NCBI RefSeq assembly: GCF_018350175.1
Contig: NC_058368.1
Coordinates: 146,880,001 to 146,944,000, forward strand
From: Felis catus
Taxonomy: Eukaryota
Direction of reading: 5' to 3'
DNA length: 64,000 nucleotides
The notes under the pieces are model-generated. The model was not told the DNA's origin. It did no database searches and was given only the letters and a program-made list of their open reading frames with translations. Made by a program: the position numbers and the translations under genes. Of the stretch, positions 13,413 to 25,185 are shown piece after piece (the stretch's first letter is position 1; the number at the start of each line of letters is the position of its first letter).

Positions 13413-13660
13413 AGTATAGGTTATTTTAAAAGATAGGAAAAAGATAGGACCATATAATGGGAAGTGTACTCAGATGCAGGCAACAGTAGCGTTCTTAATA
13501 AGGTAGAGAAAAGAGATTCTGTTAATAAGGTAACTGGAGTCATGCTATTCAATACTCTCAACTTTTAGGGTAAAAATATAGGCTTGCTTTGTGGCTTTTT
13601 CATCCTGATGCTGAAGCAGAAAAAGTGGATGGATGGATGGATTTATTTATTTAAACTGTA

Positions 13661-13859
13661 TTTTTTTAATGTTTATTCATTTTTTTGAGAGAGCATGAGC
13701 AGGGGAGGGGCAGAGAGAGAGGGAGACACAGAATCCGAAGCAGGCTCCAGGCTCTGAGCTTTCAGCACAGAGCCTTATGTGGGGCTTGAACTCATGAACC
13801 ATGAGACCATGACCTGAGTCAAAGTCAGAAGTTTAACCTACTGAGTCACCAGGTGCCCC
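13661..13859 (-). mobile_element. Can-SINE (SINEC_Fc-like)
   Basis: Canonical reverse SINE body ending 'ctgagtcaccaggtgcccc'. Confidence 0.93.
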
Positions 13860-16800
13860 TATTTTTGCCAATATCATTTTTTGAAGAGACTGTCTCTTGC
13901 CCATTGGATAATATTTACTGCTCTGTCAGAGATTAAATGACCATAGAGTTGTGGGTTCATTGTTGGGTTTTTTATTCTGGTCTATTGATATATGTGACTG
14001 TTTTTGTGCCAGTACCATACTGTTTTGATAACTAGAGCTTTGTAATAGAACTTGAGGTCCAGAATTTGATCCCTCCAGCTTTGCTTTTCTTGTTCAATGT
14101 TTCTTTGACTATTCAGGCTCTTCTTTGGTTCCATACAAAGTTTAGGATTGTTTGTTCTAGCTCTGTGAAAAATGTTGGTATTTTGATAGGGATTGCATTA
14201 AATGTGTAGGTTACTTTGGGTAATATAGATATTTTAACAATTTTCTTCCAATCCATGAGCATGGAATCTTTTTCCGTTTCTTTGTGTTTTCTTCAATTTC
14301 TTTCATCAGTGTTCTACAGTTTTCATAATACAGGTTTCACTTCTTGGTAGGTATATTCCTATGTATCGTATGGTTTTTGATGCAATTGTAAATTGGACTG
14401 ATTTTTAAATTTCTTGTTATGCTTCTTCATTATTGGTGTATAGAAATGCAATGGATTTCTGTATGTTGACTTTGTATCCTGCGATTTTACTGAATTTGTT
14501 TATCAGTTCTAGCACTTGTTGGTAAAGTCTTCCGGGTTTTCTATATAGAGAATCATGTCATCTGAAATATTGAAAGCTTGAATTCTTCCTTGCCAATTTG
14601 GATGCCTTTTATCTATTGGTGTTGTCTGATTGCTGTGGCTAGGACTTCCAGTACTGTGTTAAATAACAGTGGTGAGAGTGGACATCCCTGTCTTGTTCCT
14701 GACTATAGATGAAAAGCTGTCAGTTTTTCCTAATTGAGGCTGATACTAGCTCAGGTTTTTTTGTTTTTGCTTTTATTTATTTTTGTTTGTTTCTTAATTT
14801 TATTTAAATATAAGTTAGTTAACATATAGTGTAATATTGGTTTCAGGAGTAGAATTTAGTGATCCATCACTTTTATATAACACCCAGTGCTCATCCCAAC
14901 AAGTGCCCTTCTTAATGCCCATCACCCAGGTAGCCCATCCCCCCACCTGACACCTCTTCAGCGACCCTCAGTTTGTTCACTGTAATTAAGGGTCTCTTAT
15001 GGTTTACTTCTCTCTCTGTTTTTATCTTATTTTTCCCTCCCTTCCACTATGTTCATCTGTTTTGTATCTTAAATTCCACATATGAGTGAAATCATAGGAT
15101 ATTTATCTTTGACTGACTGACGTTGCTTGGCAGAACACATTCTAGTTCCATCAATGTTGTTGCAATGGTAACATTTCATTCTTTATGATCATCGAGTAAT
15201 ATTCCATTGTATATCTATACCACATTTTCTTTTTTTTTTTCTCCTTCCTTCTGGTACAGAGTATTTCCCTTCATTTTTTTTAAATTTTATTTTTTATTTT
15301 TTAAAGTTTATATCCAAATTAGTTAGCATATAGTGCAACAATGATTTCAGGAGTAGAATCCTTAGTGCCCCTTACTCACTTAGCCCATCCCCCCCCCCAC
15401 AATCCCTCCAGTAACCATCAGTTTGTTCTCCATATTTATGAGTCTCTTCTGTTTTGTCCCCCTCCCTGTTTTTATATTATTTTTGTTTCCCTTCCCTTAT
15501 GTTCATCTGTTTTGTCTCTTAAAGTCCTCATATGAGTGAAGTCATATGATGTTTGTTTTTCTCTCATTTCACTTAGCATAATACCCTCCAGTTCCATCCA
15601 CATAGTTGCAAATGGCAAGATTTCATTCTTTTTGATTGCCGAGTAATACTCCATTATATATATATATACCACATCTTCTTTATCCATTCATCCATCCATG
15701 GACATTTGGGGTCTTTCCATACTTTGGCTATTGTTGATAGTGCTGCTATAAACACTGGGGTGCATGTGTCCCTTCGAAACAGCACACCTGTATCCCTTGG
15801 ATAAATACCTAGTAGTACAATTGCTGGGTCATAGGATAGTTATATTTTTAGTTTTTTGAGGAACCTCCATACTGTTTTCCAGAGTGGCTGCACCAGCTTG
15901 CATTCCCATAACCACATTTTCTTTATCCACTTATCAGTCAATGGACATTTGGGCTCCTTCCATACTTTGGCTGTTGTCGATAATGCTGCTATAAACATTG
16001 GGGTGGATGTGCCCCTTTGAATCTGCATTTTTTTAAAAAAATTTTTTAATATTTATTTATTTTTGACAGAGAGAGAGAGACAGGGCATGAGTGGGGGAGG
16101 GGCAGAGAGAGAGGGAGACACAGAATCTGAAACAGGTTCCAGGCTCCGAGCTGCCAGCACAGAGCCCGACCCGGGGCTCGAACTCATAGACCGTGAGATC
16201 ATGACCTGAGCCGAAGCTGGATGCTCAACCAACTGAGCCACCCAGGCGCCCCTGAATCTGCATTTTTGTATCCTTTGCATAAATGACTCGTAGTGCATTT
16301 GCTGGGTTGTAAGGTAATTCTATTTTTAACTTTTTGAGGAACCTCCATACTGTTTTCCAGAGTGGCTACACCAGTTTGCATTCCCACCAGCAGTGCAAAA
16401 ATGTTCCTCTTTCTCAGCATCTTCACCAACATCTTTTATTGCCTAAGTTTTTAATTTTAGCCATTCTGACAGATGTGAGGTAGTATCTCATTGTGGTTTT
16501 GATTTGTATTTCCCTGATGATGAGTGATGTTGAGCATCTTTTCACGTGTCTGTTGGTCATCTGGATGTCTTTTGGAAAAGTGTCTATTCATGTCTTTTGC
16601 CCATTTCTTCACTGGATTCTTTGTGTTTTGGGTGTTGATTTGGATAAGTTCTTTTTACACTTTGGATACTAACCCTTTATCAGATATGCCATTTGCAAAT
16701 ATCTTTTCTCATTCTGTCAGTTGCCCTTTTAGTTTTGTTGATTGTTCTTTCACCATGAAGAAACTTTTTATCTTGAAGTCCCAATAGTTCATGTTTGCTT

Positions 16801-18125
16801 TTGTTTCCCTTGTCTCAAGAAATTGCTGTGGCCAAGGTCAAAGAGGTGGCTGCCTGTTTTCTCCCCCAGGATTTTGATGGTTTCTTGTCTTACATTTAGG
16901 TCTTTGATCCGTTTTGAGTTTAATTTATGTATGGTGTAAGAAATTGGTCCAAGTTTATTCTTCTGCATTTCAGTGTCCAGTATTCCCAATACTATATGTG
17001 AGAGAGATGCTCTTTTATCCATTGGATATTCTTTCTTTCTTTGTCAAAAATTAGTTGGCATACATTTATGGGTCCTTTTCTGCATTCTCTATTGTGTTCC
17101 ATTGATCTGTGTGTCTGTTTTTGTGCCAGTGCCTGTGATTACAGCTTTGTAAGCTGTGGGTTTTTGATGTTGAGGTATGTTCCCCCTAAACCTACATTAT
17201 GAGGGTTTTTATCATGAATGGATGCTGTACTTGGTCAAATGCTTTTTGTGCATCTATTGAGAGGTTCATATGGTAGTTATTCTTTCTTTTATTAATGTGG
17301 TATATCATGTTGTTGATTGAGATACAAATATTGAACCATCCCTGCAGCCTAGGAATAAATCCCACTTGATTGAGATGAATGATTCTTTTAATGTACTGTT
17401 GGATTTGGCTTGGTAGGATTTTATTGAGATTTTTTTTTTGCATCCATGTTCATCAGGGATATTGTCCTGTGGTTCCCTTTTAGGGGGGTCTTTATCTGGT
17501 TTTGGTATCAGAGTAATGCTGGCCTCATGAATGAATTTGGAAGTTTTCCTTCCATTTTTATTTTTTGGAATAGTTTGGGAAGAATAGGTATTAGCTCTTC
17601 TTAAATGATTGGTAGAATTCTCTGCTGAAGTCATCTGTACCTGGACTTTAGTTTTTTAGATTTTTGATTACTGAATGCATTTCTTTGCTGGCTATTGGTC
17701 TGTTTTAGTTTTTATTTCTTCTTTTTTCAGTTTTGGTAGTTTATATGTTTCTAGGAATTTGTCCATTTCTTTCAGGTTGTCCAATTTGTTGGCATATAAT
17801 TTTTCATAAAACTCTCACAATTGTTTGTGTTTCTGTGATGTTTGTTGTTATTTCTCCTCTCGAATTTGTGTTTTTCTTTATTTGGGGTCCTTTGTCTTTT
17901 CTTTTTGATAAGTTTGGCTAGGAGTTTATCAGTTTTATTAATTTTTTTAAAGAACAAGCTCCTGGTTTCATTGATCTGTTCTTTTGATTTTTAGTTGCTA
18001 TATCATTGATTTCTGCTCTAATATTTATTATTTCCTTCTTTCTGTTGGCTTTAGGCTTCTTTTGTTTTTCTTTTTCTCATTCCTTCAGGTGTAAGGTTAG
18101 GTTGTTGGAGATTTTTATTTCTTCT
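13860..18125 (-). mobile_element. Nested carnivore L1 cluster: host L1-A (13860-14755 + 17153-18125), L1-B (14756-17152), L1-C (15233-15910)
   Basis: Minus-strand ORF remnants are L1 ORF2: 17192-17443 '[30 protein letters not shown]...[19 protein letters not shown]' (RT) and 15472-15687 'MEYYSAIKKNEILPFATMWMELEGIMLSE' (C-terminus). Two separate L1 3' ends lie at about 14760 and 15275. All copies are frameshifted. Confidence 0.92.
16033..16252 (-). mobile_element. Young Can-SINE (SINEC_Fc) inserted in L1-B
   Basis: CpG-retaining body ending 'gagccacccaggcgcccc'. Perfect 15-nt TSD tgaatctgcattttt (16018-16032 / 16253-16267). Confidence 0.96.
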
Positions 18126-19134
18126 GGATCTATTATATTCAAATATTAACTCTATTTCATATCCAAATATATTTACATATTTTCCAATGCATTTTTTGGA
18201 TTTATTTTTGTATAGGTTTTTTTTTTTGTCTACAAATGTTTGTATTTTGGTATTTTGTTTGAAATGTGTTTATTATCTCCATAACCATTTGTAGATCCTT
18301 GTTTTATTATGTAAAATTTAATAGTTTCATTTAGTGATATTTTTCCAAAATTGGAATTTTTAACCTCTATCCTAGTAGGCCAATTTTTTACTTTCAAGGT
18401 ATTTTAATTAGTACATGGATCTTGTTTACCCTGTATCTGTTCCTTACATTAACTTGGGAGTTAACCCCCCCCCCCCTCAGGGTTCAGTTTGGAGAATCCT
18501 CTTGGTGATATCTTTAAGAGAACTTCTTAGTCCACTACTTGGGTGCTTTACTTCCGTTTTCATTCATTTCAGTTTTCAGTCTTTGCTCTCAGTTGTGCAG
18601 TCTGTGCTCTGCTCTGATATTAATTTCCTAAACCCTACCAGCAGGAAATAAGTAACTATAATTGCTTGATCAATAATGAGACATGGAATATCTTTATTTC
18701 TGTGTCAGATTTTACTTCATCCATTAATATTTATAATTTCAAAACATCCACTATATAAGCAACACATCAATAAAAATACACTCCTATTAAAATCTCCTTT
18801 ATTACCCTCCCCCTGTGAGACATCTACCATGCCATTATGCCTCACTGATTCATGCCCCTCTTTACATTGCATCTGTCACCCCAACAGGGTGGTGAGTGCT
18901 GCCTCTACCCTTCAGTCTTTGTAACTGCCTTGCAAGGGTTCTGTTCTCTCACTGCTCTATCAGATACATGTTTCTCTCCTGGTGATCACCTTGAGTCTTC
19001 TTGGTGCCAGAGCTTTGAGATAATCTTGCAGAATCGGGGAAAAGTGTCTTTTCCTCCTTTGTATTATACCTTTTTAAATAGAATTCAAAAGCTGAGTTCT
19101 TTGGACCCAGTGATACACTGTATTCAGTGAGTAA

Positions 19135-19540
19135 CTTAGAGTTGATTCCTCAAAAGCTGACTCTTGGATGACATAACAACAGGTGGTTTGTTTATGGAGT
19201 ATTCCAGGAAGCACAAGTAAAGGGGTAAAAAAAGAGATGGGGAGGGGAGGGAAGCACTGATAAAGATTCATTCATAAGCAGGTTATGGACTCAACCTCAC
19301 TACGGGTTATTTGAGATATTGGGTGGAATACATGTCACAATTGTCCACTGAATGTCTAGGAAACTTGGTTATTTATCTGCTGGCTCCCATTTCTCATTTG
19401 TTGAGGGGGTACTCCTGGGGAGTGATAAATTTCGAGCTACACTGGGCTATTTCTGGGCTACCCTGTAACACTGGGCAAATTTGCGTGATTCTGGAGAAAG
19501 CCCAATGACTGAGAAACCAAGAGACGCAGGCTCTGAGGTG
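19135..19540 (-). mobile_element. ERVL solo LTR (LTR16-like)
   Basis: 'gtttgtttatggagtattccaggaagcacaagtaaaggggt...ggaagcactgataaag...ggttatttatctgctggctccca...ttgttgagggggtactcctgggg' parallels the reverse LTR16 consensus as recalled. Confidence 0.65.
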
Positions 19541-21039
19541 AGCTGGCATTGCTGCCAAGGCATAAACAGCACCTGCCTCTGAGAAATTCCACTTTTCCTT
19601 TATACTTAAAAACTCCTTGCACCATCCATGCAAATCTACTTTTTCTGAGCCAGGTTGACCATGAATGTTGCCATCCTTTGTGGAATTCACTTGCTGTCTG
19701 CACACTCTGCCACCTTCTCTTCCCCTGATACGCTCTGTCAGCTACTCCAGTTTTCCAGGCAGACCTGAGGACAACTGAACCCCATAAATGGATACAAGCT
19801 CAGTTATTTCCAAAGAGCCCCAGTAGACTTCCTTACAAACCAATTTCCCAGTAGTTCACAAGCACGATGCCCATGACACATTTGACTAGTGGACACAGCA
19901 GCGCTCAAGGTGAGAATCACACTATACAGTCTCAAAGTAAAATTTTATCTTTTATGTCTTGTTTTTTTTTTTTTTTTCCAGACCTCTGCTGACTGGTACT
20001 TGACTATTCTATATAATGTAACACAGATTTACTTACGGTGTTTTAACAATTTTCTCTAGATACTCTTAGCAACTTAAGACTTCTGAAAATTTGCCTTAAG
20101 TGCAGAGTTAAAGTGACAGCATTCTTTTAAAAAGGAAAGAAAATTAATGGGTTCCATTGTGCTTAGAATGCCACATAATTGTTGCCCCTTCCTTGCTATA
20201 TACAGTCAGCTGCATTTATTTAATTGTGATGATTTAGAAGGAAATACCTCAAGAAAGTTTAACTTTGGCAAGTGACACTCAGAACCATGCAAAGACAGAG
20301 GGGAATGATGAGGATTTGGATGATTACTGAAGTTCTCTCTCATTGATTTATGTTGAAGCTCAAGACAAGGAGGCCAGCTTCTCTATCATGCACGTCCTTC
20401 TGTTTTAATATGGAAATACTTGTGTGCTAAAGGATTCCAGGGAAGGCAAACAGGGAGGGTAAGATGAGTTGCCCATGGCGGAATGGGATGTGGAACCTCA
20501 GATTAGGTGAGATTAACTTGTGTGTGGGACATGCTCCCAATTAGCAACGTATCTGAAGGAGTATCTTAAGCATTTGTTGTTTGGGTTGTAGGAGCTCTAA
20601 TGCTGTTTCACATGGGTTGCCATCTGACTGATGTCTCTCTAGACTCCCTGGTTTAGCGCTATATCCATGGTGTGTTTACTAAATGCCAAGTGACGTATTG
20701 CCATATGTTGAGACTATATTAAATAGCCTCAAATTTGTATCTAATACTTTTATCCATATTCAGGGGAAGGGCGGGATAAATTTGTGGAGAAATAAAGAAC
20801 TTCTTCTTTGTTATAGCCATAGAATTGAGGTAAGACTAAACGATCAAGTCCTGTTTTCATTTCTCTCCAGTTCATCTCTGTGTCTTTGTCTTTGTCTACC
20901 TGCCTCGTTCTCTATTTCACACACATGCATGTTTGTGTGCATACACACATACTATTGAGATTCTCTCTTCCCTACCAAGGATATTCGCTACACTTAAACT
21001 TGACCTGTACATTTGAGATAAATGAGTGTGGAAATGTGG

Positions 21040-21620
21040 TATTAGTGTAAAAAGTAGAGGTTTTGATAATGAACAGTTTTGAACCCTGCCCCTGCCACTC
21101 AGCTCTATGGCTTGCAAGTTATACACATTTTTGAACCTTAGTTCTATGAAGTTCTAGGTATTTGCTACCCTCAACAGTGAGAGAATGACATGTCTCTTCC
21201 CATGGCATGTGGCTCATGGTAGATTTCCATGAGAGTATTAGACTTCCAGCCATTACGTCACATTTGACCAAGTGACTTGCTTTAGCCAACATATTGTGAA
21301 TAAAAGCTTTAAGAGCCATTTTGTGTTTCCAGTATTGGTCTTTTCGTCTTACAAGATTGGTCTATACCAGATAAGGGCTGTTTCTTCAGTTTTTGTCTGG
21401 AAAAACAGAAGACATGAAGCACAGACACAATCTATCCACATTGGAGACCCGTAATGTGAGCAGGAAATAAACCCTTATTGCTATACTACATAGTACCTTA
21501 GCCTAAAGTGATTTACACATTTTCTTATCTATAAAGTGGGGGTAACATTACCCATTCTGCAAAGCTAATGTAAGATAGAGTGAGATATACATTAATACAT
21601 ACATTAAAGCTTAGCAACTG
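21040..21620 (+). mobile_element. MIR split by an MLT1J-like LTR (LTR at about 21160-21519)
   Basis: MIR 5' half ('ttgaaccctgcccctgccactc...gcaagttatacacatttttgaaccttagtt') and 3' half ('tttcttatctataaagtggggg...gtaagatagagtgagat') flank 'gtgacttgctttagccaac...gctttaagagcca...gtgagcaggaaataaaccc', an MLT1J-type LTR. Confidence 0.7.
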
Positions 21621-22192
21621 GTAACCAACACAAGGTTTGGAGATGGCAATTGAAAAATTTGGGGTGGCAACAAGGAGAGATTTTAAAGGTGCTTCTAACC
21701 AAGAAAAGACACTTTCTTCTGAAATAATCTCTTTCTTCCCTTCTAGGAAAATAACTGTATTTAATTCAAGTCACAGTTCTAATTTCACATCTTCTCTAAA
21801 GCTTTACCTGACCCTCTGTCCCTATGCAAAATCAATTGCCTGTCTGTAGCTGTAACAACATTGTGTTATAAATGTTTGCATGCTGACTTTCCCAATAGAA
21901 TGTACAGGCCTTTAGGGTAGAAGCTAATTTTTATATTCAAACATCCAAAAAGCAATGCAGTAGGTAGAAATTATAGTGGAGTCTGAACATAGAAATGATT
22001 TTAATTTATGCCAACAAGCCACAACAAAATTTGATAGGACCCTATTATTTATACAGTAACAAACACATCTAGTAATGTGCATTCACATGGTCAGGTTTAT
22101 AGTATAACCAAAAGGAGTAAACACTGAACATAAGAATGTCTTGAAATTTTTCACCCTGCTCTTGTCTTCATCACTGAAATTAGAAGCAGAAT

Positions 22193-22247
22193 GGTTTGAA
22201 TGCCCTAATATCTGCCACAGGGTTTGAATGCCCTAATATCTGCCACA
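22193..22247. repeat. Perfect tandem duplication (27 nt x2, period 28)
   Basis: ggtttgaatgccctaatatctgccaca at 22193-22219 and 22221-22247. Confidence 0.98.
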
Positions 22248-22500
22248 CTTTCCTTTGGTCCTTTTTTAGTCTACTCTTGTGGTTCTCACAGTGGTTCACC
22301 ATGTAAGAATTTACAGTGTATGTAATATGTGTATGTTTATTATAGTGTAGGGGCAAGCTAATGGGTTTTCAAGACATTTTTTAATTCAAGTATAAATAAT
22401 GTCATAGGTTTTCAAAGGACATTTTTAAACAACTTCGCTGAGGTAAAACAGACATGTAATAAAGTGCACAGATTTAAATTTTACAACTTAAAAAGGTTTT

Positions 22501-22509
22501 AAAATGTAT

Positions 22510-22560
<51 letters not shown>

Positions 22561-22576
22561 TTTTGGGGGGAGGGGG

Positions 22577-22609
<33 letters not shown>

Positions 22610-22761
22610 CCAATGAATGAATGAATCAATCAATCCCAAGCAGACTCCGCGCTGTCAGTGCAGAGCCCGATGTGGGGCTCCAACTCACTAAATGGTGAGA
22701 TCATGACCTGAGCTGAAGTCAAGAGTCAGAGGCTTAATCAAATGAGCCACCCAGGTGTCCC
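22501..22761 (-). mobile_element. Can-SINE with (TATT)n, (GA)n and (ATGA)n tail microsatellites
   Basis: Reverse head 'gagatcatgacctgagctgaagtcaagagtcagaggcttaatcaaatgagccacccaggtgtccc'. Confidence 0.93.
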
Positions 22762-24053
22762 TAAAACGTTCTTACACATGTACACACCTGTGAAATTATC
22801 TCCACAATCAAGATAGTGAATGTTTCTGTTACATCCAGAAGTTTTCTTGTTCACCTCGGTAGGTATATTCCTATGTATGTTAGGGTTTTTGATGTAATTG
22901 TAAATGGGGCTGATTTTTAAATTTATCTTTATGCTTCTTCATTTTTGTTGTATAGAAATGCAACGGATTTCTGTGTGTTGACTTTGTATCCTGAGATTTT
23001 ACCAAATTTGTTAATCAGTTCTAGCAGTTGTTGGTGAAGGCTTCTGGGTTTTCTATATAAAGAATCATGTCATCTGCAAATGTTGGAGATAATTCTAGAT
23101 ATCTTTCTAGAGCTTTGTAGAAATGAAATTATACAGTGTTTACTCTTTGTTTGGCTTCTTTCACTCGGTGTGATTATTTTGAGATGAACATTTGGGTTGT
23201 TCCCAGTTTAGGGCTGTAGCAAATAAAGCTTCTTTGAACATTCAGATACATATTTTTGTGTAGACATATGTTTTTATTTATCTTGGGTAACTAGCTAAAA
23301 GTGGAATAGCTAGATCATATTATAAGTTTATATTTAACATTTTAAGAATTTGTCAAACTTTTCCCAAGTGTTTGACAATTATGCATTCCATTATCAGTGT
23401 ATGAAAGCATCAGTTTTTCCACATCCTTGTCAACACTTGGTATGGTCAGTCTCTTTAAGTATGGCCATTCTATGATGTATGTATCTTATTGTGGTTTTAA
23501 TTAGCATTTCCCTAATAACTCACAATATTTAGATTTTCATATGCTTATTTGTTACCTATATATTTTCTTTGGAGAAGCATCTGTTCACATGCATTTCCCT
23601 CCCCCCCCCCATTTTTATTGTGTTATTTTCTTATAATTGCATTTTGACAGTTTTTGTATTTTTACAATATAGGTATTTTATCAGAAATATGCTTTGTCAA
23701 TATTTTTTTTGCAGTCTATGGCTTGTCTTTTCATATTCTTAATAATGTCATTTGGAGAGCAGAAGTTTTCATTTTTGACAAAGTCTATTTTATCAATTTT
23801 TTAAATGGATATACTTTCAGTGTCTAAGAAATTGTTGCCTAATCCAAGGCCATATAGATTTTCTCTTAAATTCTCTTCTGAAAGTTCTGTAGTTTCAGGT
23901 TTCACATTTGGTTCTATAACTCATCTTGAGTTAGTTTTTATTATAGTGTGAGTTAAAGATCAAAGTTCATGCTTTTTCATACAGACGGTTATTTCTGCCA
24001 CTATTTCTTGACCATCTTCTCTCTACCTTTGCAACTTTGTTGAAAATCAATTG

Positions 24054-25185
24054 TCCATACTTTGGCTATTATGAATAATGTTGCAATGAAAATGGGAGTG
24101 CAGATAGCTCTATGATACAACGATCTTGTTTCCTTTGGATGTTTACCCAGAAGTGGGATCACTAAATAACGTGGCAATTCTTTTTTAATTTCTTCATGAA
24201 ACTCCATACTGTTTTCTATAGTGGCTATTCCAGTTTATATTCCTACCACTAGTGCAACAAGGCCTCCTTTTCCTGAACATTCTTGGCAACATTTGTTATC
24301 ACTTGGTCTTTTTGTTAGTAGACAACCTAACAAGGTGGGAGGTGATGTCTCATTGGGGTTTTGATGCGCATTTCTCTGATGCACAGTGATGTTGAGCACC
24401 TTTTCATGTACCCATTGGTTTTTTGTTTATCTTCTGTAGAAAAATGTCTATTCAGCCCTTTGCCCATTTTTTAATTGGACTTTTTGTTTTTTAGAGGTTT
24501 TTTGCCATTGCATTTTACAAATTCCTTATATATTTTGGATATTAACCACTTATCAGATAAGTGGTTTGAAAATATTTTCTCATGTTCCATGTATGTCCAT
24601 GTCATTTTGATGATGGTTTCCTTTGCCAAAGTTTCTTAGTTTATGTAGCTCCACTTGCTTATTTTTGCTTTTGTTGCCAATTAAAAAAATTAGTGCCAAG
24701 ACCAATGTCCAGGAGTTTAACCTCTATGAAGAAAATGTGGTAAACACGATGGAATATTATTTAACCTAAAAAAAAAAAAAAAAGGAAATCCTGTCATTTG
24801 TGACACAATGGATGATACTGAAGGGCATTATGCTATGTGAAATAAAGCCAGAGAAAGACAAAAACTGCATGGTATCTCTTACATGTAGAAAATATACAGT
24901 CAAAGTTAAAGAAACAGAGAGTAGAAAAGTGGTTTCCTGGGGCTCCTGGTGACTGTAGTTGATAACACTATATTGTATAATTGAAATTTGCTAAGAGAGT
25001 AGAATTTGAATATTCCTACCAAAAGTGAAAAAAAAAACCCCACAAAAAATAGAAGGTAAATACGTGAGATAGTTGACTCAATGGGGTTGGTCCTTTCACA
25101 ATGTATACGTATATCAAATGACATCATACACTTTAAATATCTTACAATTTTATTTGTGAGTTATACCTCAATAAAGCTGAAAAAA
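24054..25185 (+). mobile_element. 5'-inverted (twin-primed) L1, L1MA9/L1_Carn7-like: inverted part 24054-24727, forward 3' end 24728-25185
   Basis: The forward part starts 'gaagaaaatgtggt' and ends 'ttatacctcaataaagctgaaaaaa'. The left part is the immediately upstream ORF2 sequence in reverse. Confidence 0.8.

Noticed and set aside
15472..17957. Reverse-transcriptase-like ORFs (also 35630-37469)
   Set aside because: These are frameshifted, stop-riddled L1 ORF2 fragments, not functional genes.
19759..19909. Exon-like segment (ttttccag ... AAG|gtgaga)
   Set aside because: It has stops in all three frames and no supporting partner exons. A non-coding exon cannot be excluded but is unsupported.
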